Source of the DNA: an uncultured Gammaproteobacteria bacterium | GTDB taxonomy: Bacteria > Patescibacteriota > Microgenomatia > UBA1406 > GWC2-37-13 | NCBI GenBank assembly: GCA_964390735.1 | Contig: CAYMIY010000004.1 | Coordinates: 1 to 39,134 of the forward strand | Direction of reading: 5' to 3' | Length of the DNA stretch: 39,134 bases | Shown here: in pieces, positions 1 through 7,710 of the stretch | How the letters are laid out: the number at the start of each line of letters is the position of its first letter | How positions within the stretch are numbered: position 1 is the first letter of the stretch | Made by a program: the position numbers and the translations under genes | Notes under the pieces: generated by a model | What the model saw: the letters and a program-made list of their open reading frames with translations, nothing else | What the model was told of the DNA's origin: nothing | Databases searched by the model: none

Positions 1-636
1 GAACTCAGCCTCATACCAGAGGTAACACACAACGAGCTTCAGAAATATGAACACTCATTTGAGGTGGTGGAAGATAGGGATAATTTTGATTATATTCACG
101 AAATAAATGAGTTCATAAAAATGGAAGGTCCAGTATATCAAAAAAAACGCCAGTTATGCAGAAAATTCGAGAAAGAGAATAATTGGAAACTAGAGCTAGT
201 TACAGGAATTAATAAAGATATTGAAAATGAAATGCTAGAGTTATTCGATTTATGGCGAAATAGAAAATCGAATGACCTAAGTTTATTTAACAATGAATTT
301 AATGCCCTTAAAAATTGTTTAGCTTTGAATAAAGGGCATTATTTAGACATTTTTTTACTATATGTAGATAATAAATTAGTTGCCTTCACTATAAATGAGG
401 TAATAAAAGAGGAACATGTTATAGGACATTTCGCAAAGTTTAACACTTCATATAAAGGAGTGTGGGACTTTTTACTTCTAAAGACGAATGAATATTATAG
501 TAATTCAAACTTAAGATTCTTCAATCAACAGCAAGATCTAGGTATAGATTTACTAAGAAAATCAAAAGAACAGAATAGCAACCTTACTTTCTTAAAAAAA
601 TTTAGAATAGCAAAAAGTAAGCTTGACAATATATAG
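1..636 (+). CDS. DUF2156-like protein (MprF / lysyl-PG synthase C-terminal-domain fold), N-terminus outside the window
   Basis: Frame 1 is open from nt 1 (ELSLIPEVTHNELQKYEHSFE...) and runs into listed ORF 64-636. EDRDNFDYIHEINEFIKMEGPVYQKKRQLCRKF resembles the DYIY...L.G....KRN core I associate with DUF2156. TAG stop at 634-636. Confidence 0.5.
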   Translation, partial: ELSLIPEVTHNELQKYEHSFEVVEDRDNFDYIHEINEFIKMEGPVYQKKRQLCRKFEKENNWKLELVTGINKDIENEMLELFDLWRNRKSNDLSLFNNEFNALKNCLALNKGHYLDIFLLYVDNKLVAFTINEVIKEEHVIGHFAKFNTSYKGVWDFLLLKTNEYYSNSNLRFFNQQQDLGIDLLRKSKEQNSNLTFLKKFRIAKSKLDNI

Positions 637-649
637 TGTTTTTTATAAT
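623..649 (+). promoter_or_regulatory. Possible sigma70-type promoter for the 661-1473 gene
   Basis: TTGACA at 623-628 and TATAAT at 644-649. The spacer is only 15 nt, so this is weak. Confidence 0.3.
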
Positions 650-660
650 CTGGTATTGAT

Positions 661-1473
661 ATGAGTAAACAGAATAAAATTGATTTGAAAACAAAAATTA
701 CAATAATACTTTTTGGTATATTTGGTCTATTCTGGTTGTATAATTTTGTTTTTATTCCTAAAACAGATATAAAATATCAAATATTTTCTGCAGTATATGG
801 CTTGATTGCAATTTATGGAGGTATAAACGGATTACTTATTGCTCGAAAATGGGGTGGTAATAAAAGCTTAATAGGAAAAGCATTAATCTATTTTTCATTA
901 GGTTTATTTGCTCAAGAATTCGGACAATTAACCTATTCATTTTATGCTTATTATTTACATATTGAGATTCCTTATCCATCAATTGGAGACATAGGTTATT
1001 TTGGAAGTATCCCGCTGTATTTTCTAGGTTTAATTAATTTAGCTAGAGCTTCGGGGGTACATCTCGTATTAAAGTCATATACAAACAAGATACAAGCTAT
1101 CTTAATCCCTCTTATCTTGCTTTTCTTATCCTATGTTCTTTTTTTGAGTAACTATCATTTTGATTGGACTAGTCCATTAACAATATTGCTAGATTTTGGA
1201 TATCCAATGGGACAGGCTATATACATCTCTTTAGCGATATTAATATATTTATTAACAAGGAGACAATTAGGAGGTTTGATGAAACCTAAAGTATTATTAC
1301 TTCTCTTTGCATTGTTCATACAGTACCTATCAGATTATACATATATTTATTTAGCACATAAAAACGTAGTGTATGTGGGTGGTCCAAATGATTTCCTTTA
1401 CTTAATGGCATATTTTTTCATGAGTATTGCTTTATTACAATTCGATTCACTATTCAATGAAGTTAAGAAATAA
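661..1473 (+). CDS. Polytopic membrane protein (about 7-8 hydrophobic helices), stand-alone paralog of the C-terminal domain of the STAND protein at 1809-4139
   Basis: Hydrophobic segments run throughout. It shares WGG/WRG..SLIG, PYPSIGDI.YFGSIP.Y, KIQ..LIP, LDFGYP.GQ.IY and LLQFD motifs, in the same order, with roughly the last 250 aa of ORF 1809-4139. Confidence 0.8.
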   Translation: MSKQNKIDLKTKITIILFGIFGLFWLYNFVFIPKTDIKYQIFSAVYGLIAIYGGINGLLIARKWGGNKSLIGKALIYFSLGLFAQEFGQLTYSFYAYYLHIEIPYPSIGDIGYFGSIPLYFLGLINLARASGVHLVLKSYTNKIQAILIPLILLFLSYVLFLSNYHFDWTSPLTILLDFGYPMGQAIYISLAILIYLLTRRQLGGLMKPKVLLLLFALFIQYLSDYTYIYLAHKNVVYVGGPNDFLYLMAYFFMSIALLQFDSLFNEVKK

Positions 1474-1515
1474 TAACGATGAGATGACGAATTATATAGT
1501 TTGTGGCAGTATAAT

Positions 1516-1788
1516 ATGAATTCATATGAAGAAGCAGTTGATAAAATAATTCAAGAACAGCAGCTTATTATTGGCCCACTTGCTTTTAGTCAGGCTAGTA
1601 AAGTTAATGGTATCACTATTGATGGAGAAAAAGTAACACTTACTGGAAATGGAAAAGAAATATTAAATAACTTAGTAAACAGATATTCAGAATTTTTTGG
1701 GCAAGCCTCAATAGAAGTATGTAAAGATGCCGTTCGTGATATTACAGCAAAAATGAAACCAGAGGAAATACCCGATTCCTTAAAATAA
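1516..1788 (+). CDS. Small hypothetical soluble protein (90 aa from ATG 1516; the listed ORF begins at TTG 1501)
   Basis: Open frame lying between the membrane protein gene and the STAND gene on the same strand. No motif recognised. Confidence 0.55.
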   Translation: MNSYEEAVDKIIQEQQLIIGPLAFSQASKVNGITIDGEKVTLTGNGKEILNNLVNRYSEFFGQASIEVCKDAVRDITAKMKPEEIPDSLK

Positions 1789-1808
1789 GTTCGCACAAAA
1801 CTACTCCC

Positions 1809-4139
1809 ATGTCAGAGAAAACCTACCTAGAAAGCTTTGCTTATTATTTTAAGCGGTATAGATTTAAAGCTAATATATCCACACTTAGACAGTTTGCAGA
1901 TCTTATGGCTGCTGAGGGACTATATTATGACGTAAGTAACTACACTCGATGGCAGAATGGCGAAAGGATACCCAATGATAGAAAAATACTACTAGGTATG
2001 ATTCGCGTGTTTATAGATAAGAATGCTATAAGCACAGTTGAGGACTGTAATATATTTTTACATGCCGCGAAACAACTACCGCTAAAAAAAGGTGAAATAA
2101 GTAACTTGCAGGTATTTAAAGAAAGTATTAGAAATATGCTGCCAATAGTTTTAGACGATTTTGTAGGGAGAGAAGATTTTTTGAAAGATATAAATTGGAG
2201 ACTGATAACTTATAACAAAATTTGTATAACAGGAACAGCGGGAATTGGCAAGACTAGTTTTGTTATATATTTAGCGTATCTGCTTCAGAAAACGTTTCAG
2301 GAAGGTGTTTTTTATTTCCGAGTTGATATACAGTATATAGATACTATTTTGCTTGATATAGCGCGTTTTTATGGAGAAGATGTTAGCACAATAAAGGGAT
2401 TAAATGATAGGTTAATTTTCGTAATGAGTATCTTAAAAAGCAAAAAGACTGTTATTATACTTGATAATATTGACAATTATAAAAACATAGATAGTCTTAT
2501 AAAATCACTTGATGGATATTGTAAGTTTATACTTGTATCACAATACTCACCTCCCTTGTATCGTGATTCATATCATTTTAATTTATCTGGATTCAGTGAG
2601 ACAGAGACGTTACAATTGGCCGAGCACAAACTTGGAGAAGAGTATGTAAGGAATAATAGGGCTGAAATACTAGAAGTTGCTAAATTATCAGGATATTCAC
2701 CTCTTGCTCTTGATATTATGTTTAGTTATCTTGACACTCAGAGAATTAATGCAAAGGAACTTCTAGAAAAAATAGATAATATAATGCTGCCGATCACTTA
2801 CCAAAGCACATATGATAATAAAACTGTTGCGTCCTCAATAGAAATAAGCTTATCAACTCTAGAAAATAATGAAAAAAAAGTAGTATCTTCTTTATCTATG
2901 TTTGAAGGAACGGATATTAGTATAAGTGCTTTAAGGTCAATCCATAATATTCGTGAAGAAGAAATACGCAAAATTTTAGCAAGATTGATTGATTTATCAC
3001 TCATAGAAAGGTCAAAAACTGATAGGGTTAGAATTCATCCACTCGTAAGAACATACCTCAGACAAAAAGTAGTCTCTTACAAATGGTATCTACTATTAAC
3101 TAAGTATTACCTTCATTTGAATAATTTTGAGTACGAACTTGACAATATAAGAGGCGTAATGCAATATCTGAGTTTAAATAAACAATCAAACAGCTTAGTT
3201 AGTCTATGGAATAAAGTGGCGGTCTCATTATTAGAGGAAGGTAGATATGAAGATATAAAAACATATAAAGATATGTTGCAAAATATTGCTTATAGAGACA
3301 CTTTACCCACAATAATTTTAATACTTATAACGCTTATATACCTTCTTGCTGGATTTTTTGTATTAGTAAATCCAAATCATAGCAAGTTCTTTTCAATGAT
3401 TTACTGGCCAATAGCGAGTTACGGTCTGATCTATGGATATGTTATATACCGAAAGTGGAGAGGTTTTAGTAGTTTAATAGGTAGATCAATTTTTTTGTTT
3501 ATACTTGGGCTTACATGTCAGGTACTAGGACAGATATTATATTCTATCCTAACAATAATGGAATCGAACATTACTCCGTATCCATATCCGTCAATAGGCG
3601 ATATCGCATACTTTGGCAGTATCCCCATGTACATAATTGCAACAATCTTACTAGGACAAGCTATAGGTATTAAAATAACGTTAAGATCCTTGAGTAGTAA
3701 AATTCAATCTGTACTTATTCCAATATTTATATTAACCGCTTCATATACTGTATTTTTAAAAGATTATTATTTTGATTTCTCAAATATTCCAAAAATAATT
3801 TTGGATTTTGGTTATCCATTGGGCCAATCTATTTATTTATCTTTTATAATATTGATCTTTGTTTTATCACAACAATATCTGCTTCCTATATTAAGAAAAG
3901 GCATTTTCTTAATTATGATAGCATTAGCCATACAGTTTACAGCGGACTTTATTTTCTTGTATCGTTTTAGCCACAATATGTGGAATATCTCAGGAGATTT
4001 TGGTGACCTGATATATCTTTTAGCCTATGCTACCATGGGTTTTGCGCTTCTTCAATTTGATTACACTTACAAACTCAAGAAGCTTAATAATACCGATTTG
4101 TTCACGAAAGTGAAGAAATACATCTTTTCAACTTCCTAA
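1809..4139 (+). CDS. HTH / NB-ARC-type STAND NTPase fused to a C-terminal multi-pass membrane domain
   Basis: N-terminal XRE-like HTH segment (ISTLRQFADLMAAEG..DVSNYTRWQNGERIP). FVGREDFL...ITGTAGIGKTS is a Walker A, KTVIILDNID a Walker B, GYSPLALDIM is GLPLAL-like, and RVRIHPLVRTYL sits at the MHD-like position. The C-terminal ~270 aa are hydrophobic helices paralogous to ORF 661-1473. Confidence 0.75.
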   Translation: MSEKTYLESFAYYFKRYRFKANISTLRQFADLMAAEGLYYDVSNYTRWQNGERIPNDRKILLGMIRVFIDKNAISTVEDCNIFLHAAKQLPLKKGEISNLQVFKESIRNMLPIVLDDFVGREDFLKDINWRLITYNKICITGTAGIGKTSFVIYLAYLLQKTFQEGVFYFRVDIQYIDTILLDIARFYGEDVSTIKGLNDRLIFVMSILKSKKTVIILDNIDNYKNIDSLIKSLDGYCKFILVSQYSPPLYRDSYHFNLSGFSETETLQLAEHKLGEEYVRNNRAEILEVAKLSGYSPLALDIMFSYLDTQRINAKELLEKIDNIMLPITYQSTYDNKTVASSIEISLSTLENNEKKVVSSLSMFEGTDISISALRSIHNIREEEIRKILARLIDLSLIERSKTDRVRIHPLVRTYLRQKVVSYKWYLLLTKYYLHLNNFEYELDNIRGVMQYLSLNKQSNSLVSLWNKVAVSLLEEGRYEDIKTYKDMLQNIAYRDTLPTIILILITLIYLLAGFFVLVNPNHSKFFSMIYWPIASYGLIYGYVIYRKWRGFSSLIGRSIFLFILGLTCQVLGQILYSILTIMESNITPYPYPSIGDIAYFGSIPMYIIATILLGQAIGIKITLRSLSSKIQSVLIPIFILTASYTVFLKDYYFDFSNIPKIILDFGYPLGQSIYLSFIILIFVLSQQYLLPILRKGIFLIMIALAIQFTADFIFLYRFSHNMWNISGDFGDLIYLLAYATMGFALLQFDYTYKLKKLNNTDLFTKVKKYIFSTS

Positions 4140-4146
4140 ATTCATT

Positions 4147-4184
4147 TGTCAACTTTCTTGACACATTTGTCAATTTTATTGACA
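4147..4184. promoter_or_regulatory. Two tandem 17-bp palindromes TGTCAA-N5-TTGACA (candidate operator pair) upstream of the hydrolase gene
   Basis: TGTCAActttcTTGACA at 4147-4163 and TGTCAAttttaTTGACA at 4168-4184. Their centres are 21 bp apart. ATG of the next gene is at 4209. Confidence 0.5.
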
Positions 4185-4208
4185 GATATTCTGTTTTAAT
4201 AGATCCAT

Positions 4209-4742
4209 ATGCATATATTATTTTTGACAGGTAATAACCAACGCAACGTGGAGTGGGCTCAAACACTCAAAAGTAAATTTGAACAGGTGGGGTATACGGC
4301 TTCGCTTATATACTCAGATACGTGGAAGATGGATACGTATGGAGATTTGGATATGTCCTATGAGTTCGAGGAATCAGCCAGGATCCTGAAAGGAATAAAG
4401 GATTATATCATTTGTTCAATTTCAACAGGGGGATTAATAGCACTAAAAGGTATGTATGAAAAGATATATTCTCCACAAAAATGTATATGTATCGGTATAC
4501 CTATTGTGTGGGGGTATGACAGATTCTCACACGAAAATGCATGGCTGGAACATTTGCATGTTCCTTCACTCTTTATTCAAAAGAACGCAGACCCGATTAC
4601 ATCTTCAGGAATGCTCAAGCGAATTCTCAAAAAAATGAACGTGCAAAACAGTAGACTGCATGAACTGGTAGGGCATACGCATACCTATAACGAAACGGAC
4701 GAGATTTTTGAGGAGTGTGTGGAATTCTTAGCTTCAAAATAG
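4209..4742 (+). CDS. Small alpha/beta-hydrolase-fold-like protein (177 aa)
   Basis: ILFLTGNN start, nucleophile-elbow-like CSISTGG, and late acidic (NADPI) and His (GHTH) residues in the usual order. The last ~15 codons (NETDEIFEEC.EFL) are repeated downstream as fragments. Confidence 0.6.
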   Translation: MHILFLTGNNQRNVEWAQTLKSKFEQVGYTASLIYSDTWKMDTYGDLDMSYEFEESARILKGIKDYIICSISTGGLIALKGMYEKIYSPQKCICIGIPIVWGYDRFSHENAWLEHLHVPSLFIQKNADPITSSGMLKRILKKMNVQNSRLHELVGHTHTYNETDEIFEECVEFLASK

Positions 4743-4752
4743 TCCTATAGTA

Positions 4753-4781
4753 TTGACAATTTCTGCTTTTTTTTATATAAT
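4753..4781 (+). promoter_or_regulatory. Consensus sigma70-type promoter of the first GC-rich cassette
   Basis: TTGACA at 4753-4758, 17-nt spacer, TATAAT at 4776-4781. It is preceded by CCTATAGT at 4744-4751, a module shared with the cassettes at 8373 and 9792. Confidence 0.6.
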
Positions 4782-4805
4782 TAGAACATAAACTGCAGAC
4801 TAATA

Positions 4806-4828
4806 GGTGGGCAAAAACCACCTTTATT
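4806..4828 (+). terminator. Short hairpin plus T-run. Either the hydrolase gene terminator or a 5' attenuator of the cassette transcript.
   Basis: GGTGG gcaaaaa CCACC followed by TTTATT. It lies about 20 nt downstream of the predicted start from the 4776 -10 box. Confidence 0.4.
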
Positions 4829-4859
4829 CTGCTTTGTGCACTTTTATATAATGCGTCTT

Positions 4860-4993
4860 CTGTACATCCTGAGAATCAGGGGCTTCTCTAGCTTATGCGT
4901 ATATTCGTAAGCTACAGGAGCCCTTGATTGGGTAGCTAGGCGTATGTCTAGCTGGATTAGTATGCGGTTGTAAGGCCGCTAAAGGAGTGTCAG
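4860..4993 (+). promoter_or_regulatory. Structured 5' leader (several hairpins) upstream of the 4994 ORF
   Basis: CCTGA-gaa-TCAGG at 4868-4880. Nested GGGCT..AGCTTA-loop-TAAGCT..AGCCC. AGCTAG-gcgtatgt-CTAGCT. GCGG-ttgtaagg-CCGC immediately before SD AAGGAG. Two of the loops contain GCGTAT. Confidence 0.3.
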
Positions 4994-5689
4994 ATGAAGA
5001 CCTACGACGTCAATGGTCGCGAAGTCACCGCCGGGATCAAAGTCGCGATGGAACCCCAGCCCCATGTGGTGCTGGGTGACGGTGGGAACAAGAGGGCGAC
5101 CTGGGTGGCCATTGGCCAACGGGACGCCGGTACGATCATCGTGCGGCCGGATATTCCCTGTCCGAAGCAGGGAGGTAGCGATTTCACCGCTGACCCCGCA
5201 ACCTGCGCAGCGGAGCATAGGTGCGATCAGTGTGGGGAAATGTATGGCCCATGGGAGTCAACCACAAAGCTATACAACTATCGCTACCACCCGAATGCTG
5301 GCACAGTGGCTGGCCCTGAGCAGATTCAGGATGCCGGCGTCATGCAGCTTGAGAGCGGGAAGATGCTGATCGTCGCCCCCCGGCAAGGTAACCGCATTCT
5401 GGTGCTCTGGCGCTTCGAGTCGGGCTACCGTGGCGGTGCCGAGATCACCGCTGGCGAAGGCGTCAAGGTCGTCGCTGCGGACAAAGCTTGGCATTCCGGC
5501 CGTGGCAACATGGGCGAGACCGCCGAGATGTTGGCCATCATGGAGCCAGGTCAGGAGCTCCGTGCCGAGCGGTCGGGACGCCACATTGAGGAGACGCATG
5601 CGCGTCTGCGATACGACGGAACGAACATCATCGTCGAGTACGGTGATGAAACGCTTTTCGCCGTTGAGGCACAGGGCCAGTACCTGTAG
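4994..5689 (+). CDS. GC-rich hypothetical protein (231 aa), possible Cys-cluster/zinc-ribbon-like element (PCP...C...CDQC)
   Basis: SD AAGGAG lies 7 nt upstream of the ATG. High third-position G+C. A hairpin terminator follows directly. The overlapping ORFs in other frames are expected from the GC-rich composition. Confidence 0.7.
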   Translation: MKTYDVNGREVTAGIKVAMEPQPHVVLGDGGNKRATWVAIGQRDAGTIIVRPDIPCPKQGGSDFTADPATCAAEHRCDQCGEMYGPWESTTKLYNYRYHPNAGTVAGPEQIQDAGVMQLESGKMLIVAPRQGNRILVLWRFESGYRGGAEITAGEGVKVVAADKAWHSGRGNMGETAEMLAIMEPGQELRAERSGRHIEETHARLRYDGTNIIVEYGDETLFAVEAQGQYL

Positions 5690-5713
5690 CACAGTTCACA
5701 GATTGTGCATTAT

Positions 5714-5768
5714 GACCAGGAACGAGTGCTTTTAGCTCTCGTTCCTGGTCCAACTACTTTATTTTTTT
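5714..5768 (+). terminator. Intrinsic terminator of the 4994-5689 cassette
   Basis: 13-bp stem GACCAGGAACGAG / CTCGTTCCTGGTC (5714-5726 / 5738-5750), followed by CAACTACTTTATTTTTTT. Confidence 0.7.
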
Positions 5769-5835
5769 ATACACACCTTCTTAATTATATTAATAACGAA
5801 ACGGACGAGATTTTTGAGGAGTGTATGGAGTTTCT
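5750..5835 (+). repeat. 86-bp direct repeat, copy 1 (identical to 7045-7130)
   Basis: CCAACTACTTTATTTTTTTATACACACCTTCTTAATTATATTAATAACGAAACGGACGAGATTTTTGAGGAGTGTATGGAGTTTCT read identically at both positions. The flanking bases differ: 5749 t vs 7044 c, and 5836 t vs 7131 g. Confidence 0.9.
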
Positions 5836-5845
5836 TAATGATTAG
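5768..5845 (+). pseudogene. Orphan 3'-end fragment of a hydrolase paralog (...NNETDEIFEECMEFLND*)
   Basis: A 32-nt core ATAACGAAACGGACGAGATTTTTGAGGAGTGT at 5793-5824 is identical to 4687-4718 of the intact gene. There is no upstream coding body. Confidence 0.75.
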
Positions 5846-5851
5846 TTGCGA

Positions 5852-6985
5852 CTAAGAAGCTAATTTCATTTCGTGGTCATTATTCACATCTCTTTCAGTT
5901 AAAAAAGCAGGTACACGACTGTCGATAAGCCATCGCTGATTTTCAGGAATGGTTGCCGTCCATTTCTGGTACATGTCTTTCATTCGTCCGGCAGTTTTTG
6001 GAAACTTATCTATAAACTCATCTATGTCAATTCGGTCTGAATTAACGTCTTCATCTGGGTAATATGAATTATCAGTTTCTATTTGATCAGTAAACTCTCC
6101 TACATCTTGCATAATGCCAGATACTAAATTGATGTTTAAATTTCTCCGATCCTCATTATAATCATACAAATCGTCTGAAAGTTGCCAGGCAAGCACAGTA
6201 TGAAGAAATGTTCGAGTTCTCATATGTGCAATTTGTTCACGTTTACCCGTAGAAACCGTATCAGGGGATACAGCAAAGATATTGGTGATAACATCAACAA
6301 ACGGTCCTACTGTACCGAAACGAAGTGCGTGAGCCTCGTCAAATGAGTAAGAGTAGCGCCCTTCAAAGCATTGTTGCATATATGTAGAGACATCTAGAAA
6401 GTTATCCATAAGCCAGGATATATGTCCGCATTCGGCTTCTGAATAAGAGTGGCTATGAACTAATATTTTTGTGAGTATATTCTTTAAGTCACTTACTGTA
6501 GCAGTTTTGTCTTCTTTGTATTTCAAAACAGGGATAGCTTCAACCACTTCAGGAGCAATATACATCAAGCCGCGCGATTCAAGTTGGCTTCTCTTTTCAT
6601 CAAAAACACTATCGGCTCGATTAAATGTATCTATAAACAGTAAGGTTGCCAAATGTTTAGCAGGATCTTTTGCATCCATATCTTGAAAGAATTTTTTTGT
6701 CATTTCGAACCAGGCGATCGAATTTGAACGTACGCCTTCTTTTAACCAGCCCGTAATAATTTCTTGCTGAGTAGTTGTCAACGAGTATTTTTCACCTAAC
6801 CGCTGAATTTCATCATTACCGGATATTCCTAGGAGCAGGCGGGCATTTATACCACCATATTCGCTTATCGCGGCATCTACTAATGCATTAGGATCCACGC
6901 TAAGTGGGTTTTTAGATTCATTATATTCAGCTATATATGCTCGTTGGTCAGAGTGACTTAATTCAGACATACTATTATTATACAC
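5852..6985 (-). CDS. Hypothetical acidic protein (377 aa from GTG 6985; 372 aa from ATG 6970), with a weak isoprenoid-synthase-like motif
   Basis: Long AT-rich ORF bracketed by the 86-bp repeats. AWQLSDDLYDYNEDRRN resembles the second Asp-rich motif of squalene/phytoene-synthase-type enzymes. On the minus strand TATAAT sits 6 nt before ATG 6970, so the mRNA may be leaderless. Confidence 0.7.
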   Translation of the reverse strand: MYNNSMSELSHSDQRAYIAEYNESKNPLSVDPNALVDAAISEYGGINARLLLGISGNDEIQRLGEKYSLTTTQQEIITGWLKEGVRSNSIAWFEMTKKFFQDMDAKDPAKHLATLLFIDTFNRADSVFDEKRSQLESRGLMYIAPEVVEAIPVLKYKEDKTATVSDLKNILTKILVHSHSYSEAECGHISWLMDNFLDVSTYMQQCFEGRYSYSFDEAHALRFGTVGPFVDVITNIFAVSPDTVSTGKREQIAHMRTRTFLHTVLAWQLSDDLYDYNEDRRNLNINLVSGIMQDVGEFTDQIETDNSYYPDEDVNSDRIDIDEFIDKFPKTAGRMKDMYQKWTATIPENQRWLIDSRVPAFLTERDVNNDHEMKLAS

Positions 6986-7044
6986 TCGTGTTTAAACAAA
7001 TTGATTTGTTAGTTTTTACTCCACACTACGGTAAAGTTCGGTGC

Positions 7045-7130
7045 CCAACTACTTTATTTTTTTATACACACCTTCTTAATTATATTAATAACGAAACGGA
7101 CGAGATTTTTGAGGAGTGTATGGAGTTTCT
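7045..7130 (+). repeat. 86-bp direct repeat, copy 2 (identical to 5750-5835)
   Basis: See copy 1. The offset between the copies is 1295 nt. Confidence 0.9.
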
Positions 7131-7155
7131 GGCTACAAATAAACCTATAGAATAA
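7063..7155 (+). pseudogene. Orphan 3'-end fragment of a hydrolase paralog (...YTHLLNYINNETDEIFEECMEFLATNKPIE*)
   Basis: This is the tail of listed ORF 6937-7155. It matches GHTHTYNETDEIFEECVEFLASK at the end of 4209-4742. The upstream part of that ORF is just the antisense of the 5852-6985 gene start region. Confidence 0.75.
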
Positions 7156-7170
7156 TTATCTATATAAATC

Positions 7171-7179
7171 TGGTATACT
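7171..7179 (+). promoter_or_regulatory. Extended -10 promoter (TGgTATACT) for 7214-7615
   Basis: TGGTATACT at 7171-7179. SD AGAGG lies upstream of ATG 7214. Confidence 0.45.
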
Positions 7180-7213
7180 ATTACTAGAAAAAGTAGATAA
7201 AAAGAGGTGTCCC

Positions 7214-7615
7214 ATGCCTAAAGTCAAGAAGCAAGCTGCACATGTTGTACCTTATGCCGAGGAACTTATGCAGTACAGTAAGATCGTAAGTGAATTACTA
7301 AATCTGTTCGGTCTCCAGCTTATTAAAAGGTTGGAACTTCAACGAGCCAGAGGAATACTTACTCTGAGCACAGAGCCTATAGATCCAAAGCGAGCTGAGT
7401 GGAACAAGCTTGCAGCAGCATGGCGGGCTGAAACAGCGGATGTTCTCAGGACAGCCAGAGATAAACAGAAGTCTTTCTGTGATCGACTAATGACCATCCG
7501 TGCGACTCTCGCTCCCTCTGCATATTCCGTGGTTACGAAACAGATCCAGAAAAATAACCGTCGCTATGCAAGGAGCGATTTGAAGCTTCGGCGGGCTAGG
7601 CTTGAGGATCTGTAA
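7214..7615 (+). CDS. Small helical/coiled-coil-like protein, family member 1 (133 aa)
   Basis: Shares AEWNKLAAAWR and the C-terminal LRRARLEDL with the ORFs at 7856 and 8900. Charged, heptad-like composition. Confidence 0.75.
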   Translation: MPKVKKQAAHVVPYAEELMQYSKIVSELLNLFGLQLIKRLELQRARGILTLSTEPIDPKRAEWNKLAAAWRAETADVLRTARDKQKSFCDRLMTIRATLAPSAYSVVTKQIQKNNRRYARSDLKLRRARLEDL

Positions 7616-7644
7616 TAGGAGCTGACAACTTTTTCCAAACTACA

Positions 7645-7675
7645 ACCAGTACTGGGCGACAAACTCAGTACTGGT
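7645..7675 (+). terminator. Hairpin after 7214-7615
   Basis: ACCAGTACTG ... CAGTACTGGT. The outer arms are homologous to the hairpin at 9302-9332. The downstream T-tract is weak. Confidence 0.5.
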
Positions 7676-7710
7676 AACATCTTTCTCAATTCCATAATAC
7701 GGATGCATAA

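Noticed and set aside
4979-5735. Five additional overlapping ORFs in other frames and on the minus strand of the first GC-rich segment (4979-5218, 5002-5187, 5013-5369, 5270-5692, 5430-5735)
   Set aside because: GC-rich DNA has few stop codons, so long spurious ORFs are expected. Only 4994-5689 has a promoter, an SD at correct spacing and a downstream terminator in the right orientation.
6937-7155. Listed 72-aa ORF
   Set aside because: Its first part is antisense to the start region of 5852-6985, and its tail is the orphan hydrolase 3' fragment. It is better explained as a pseudogene fragment inside the 86-bp repeat than as a gene.
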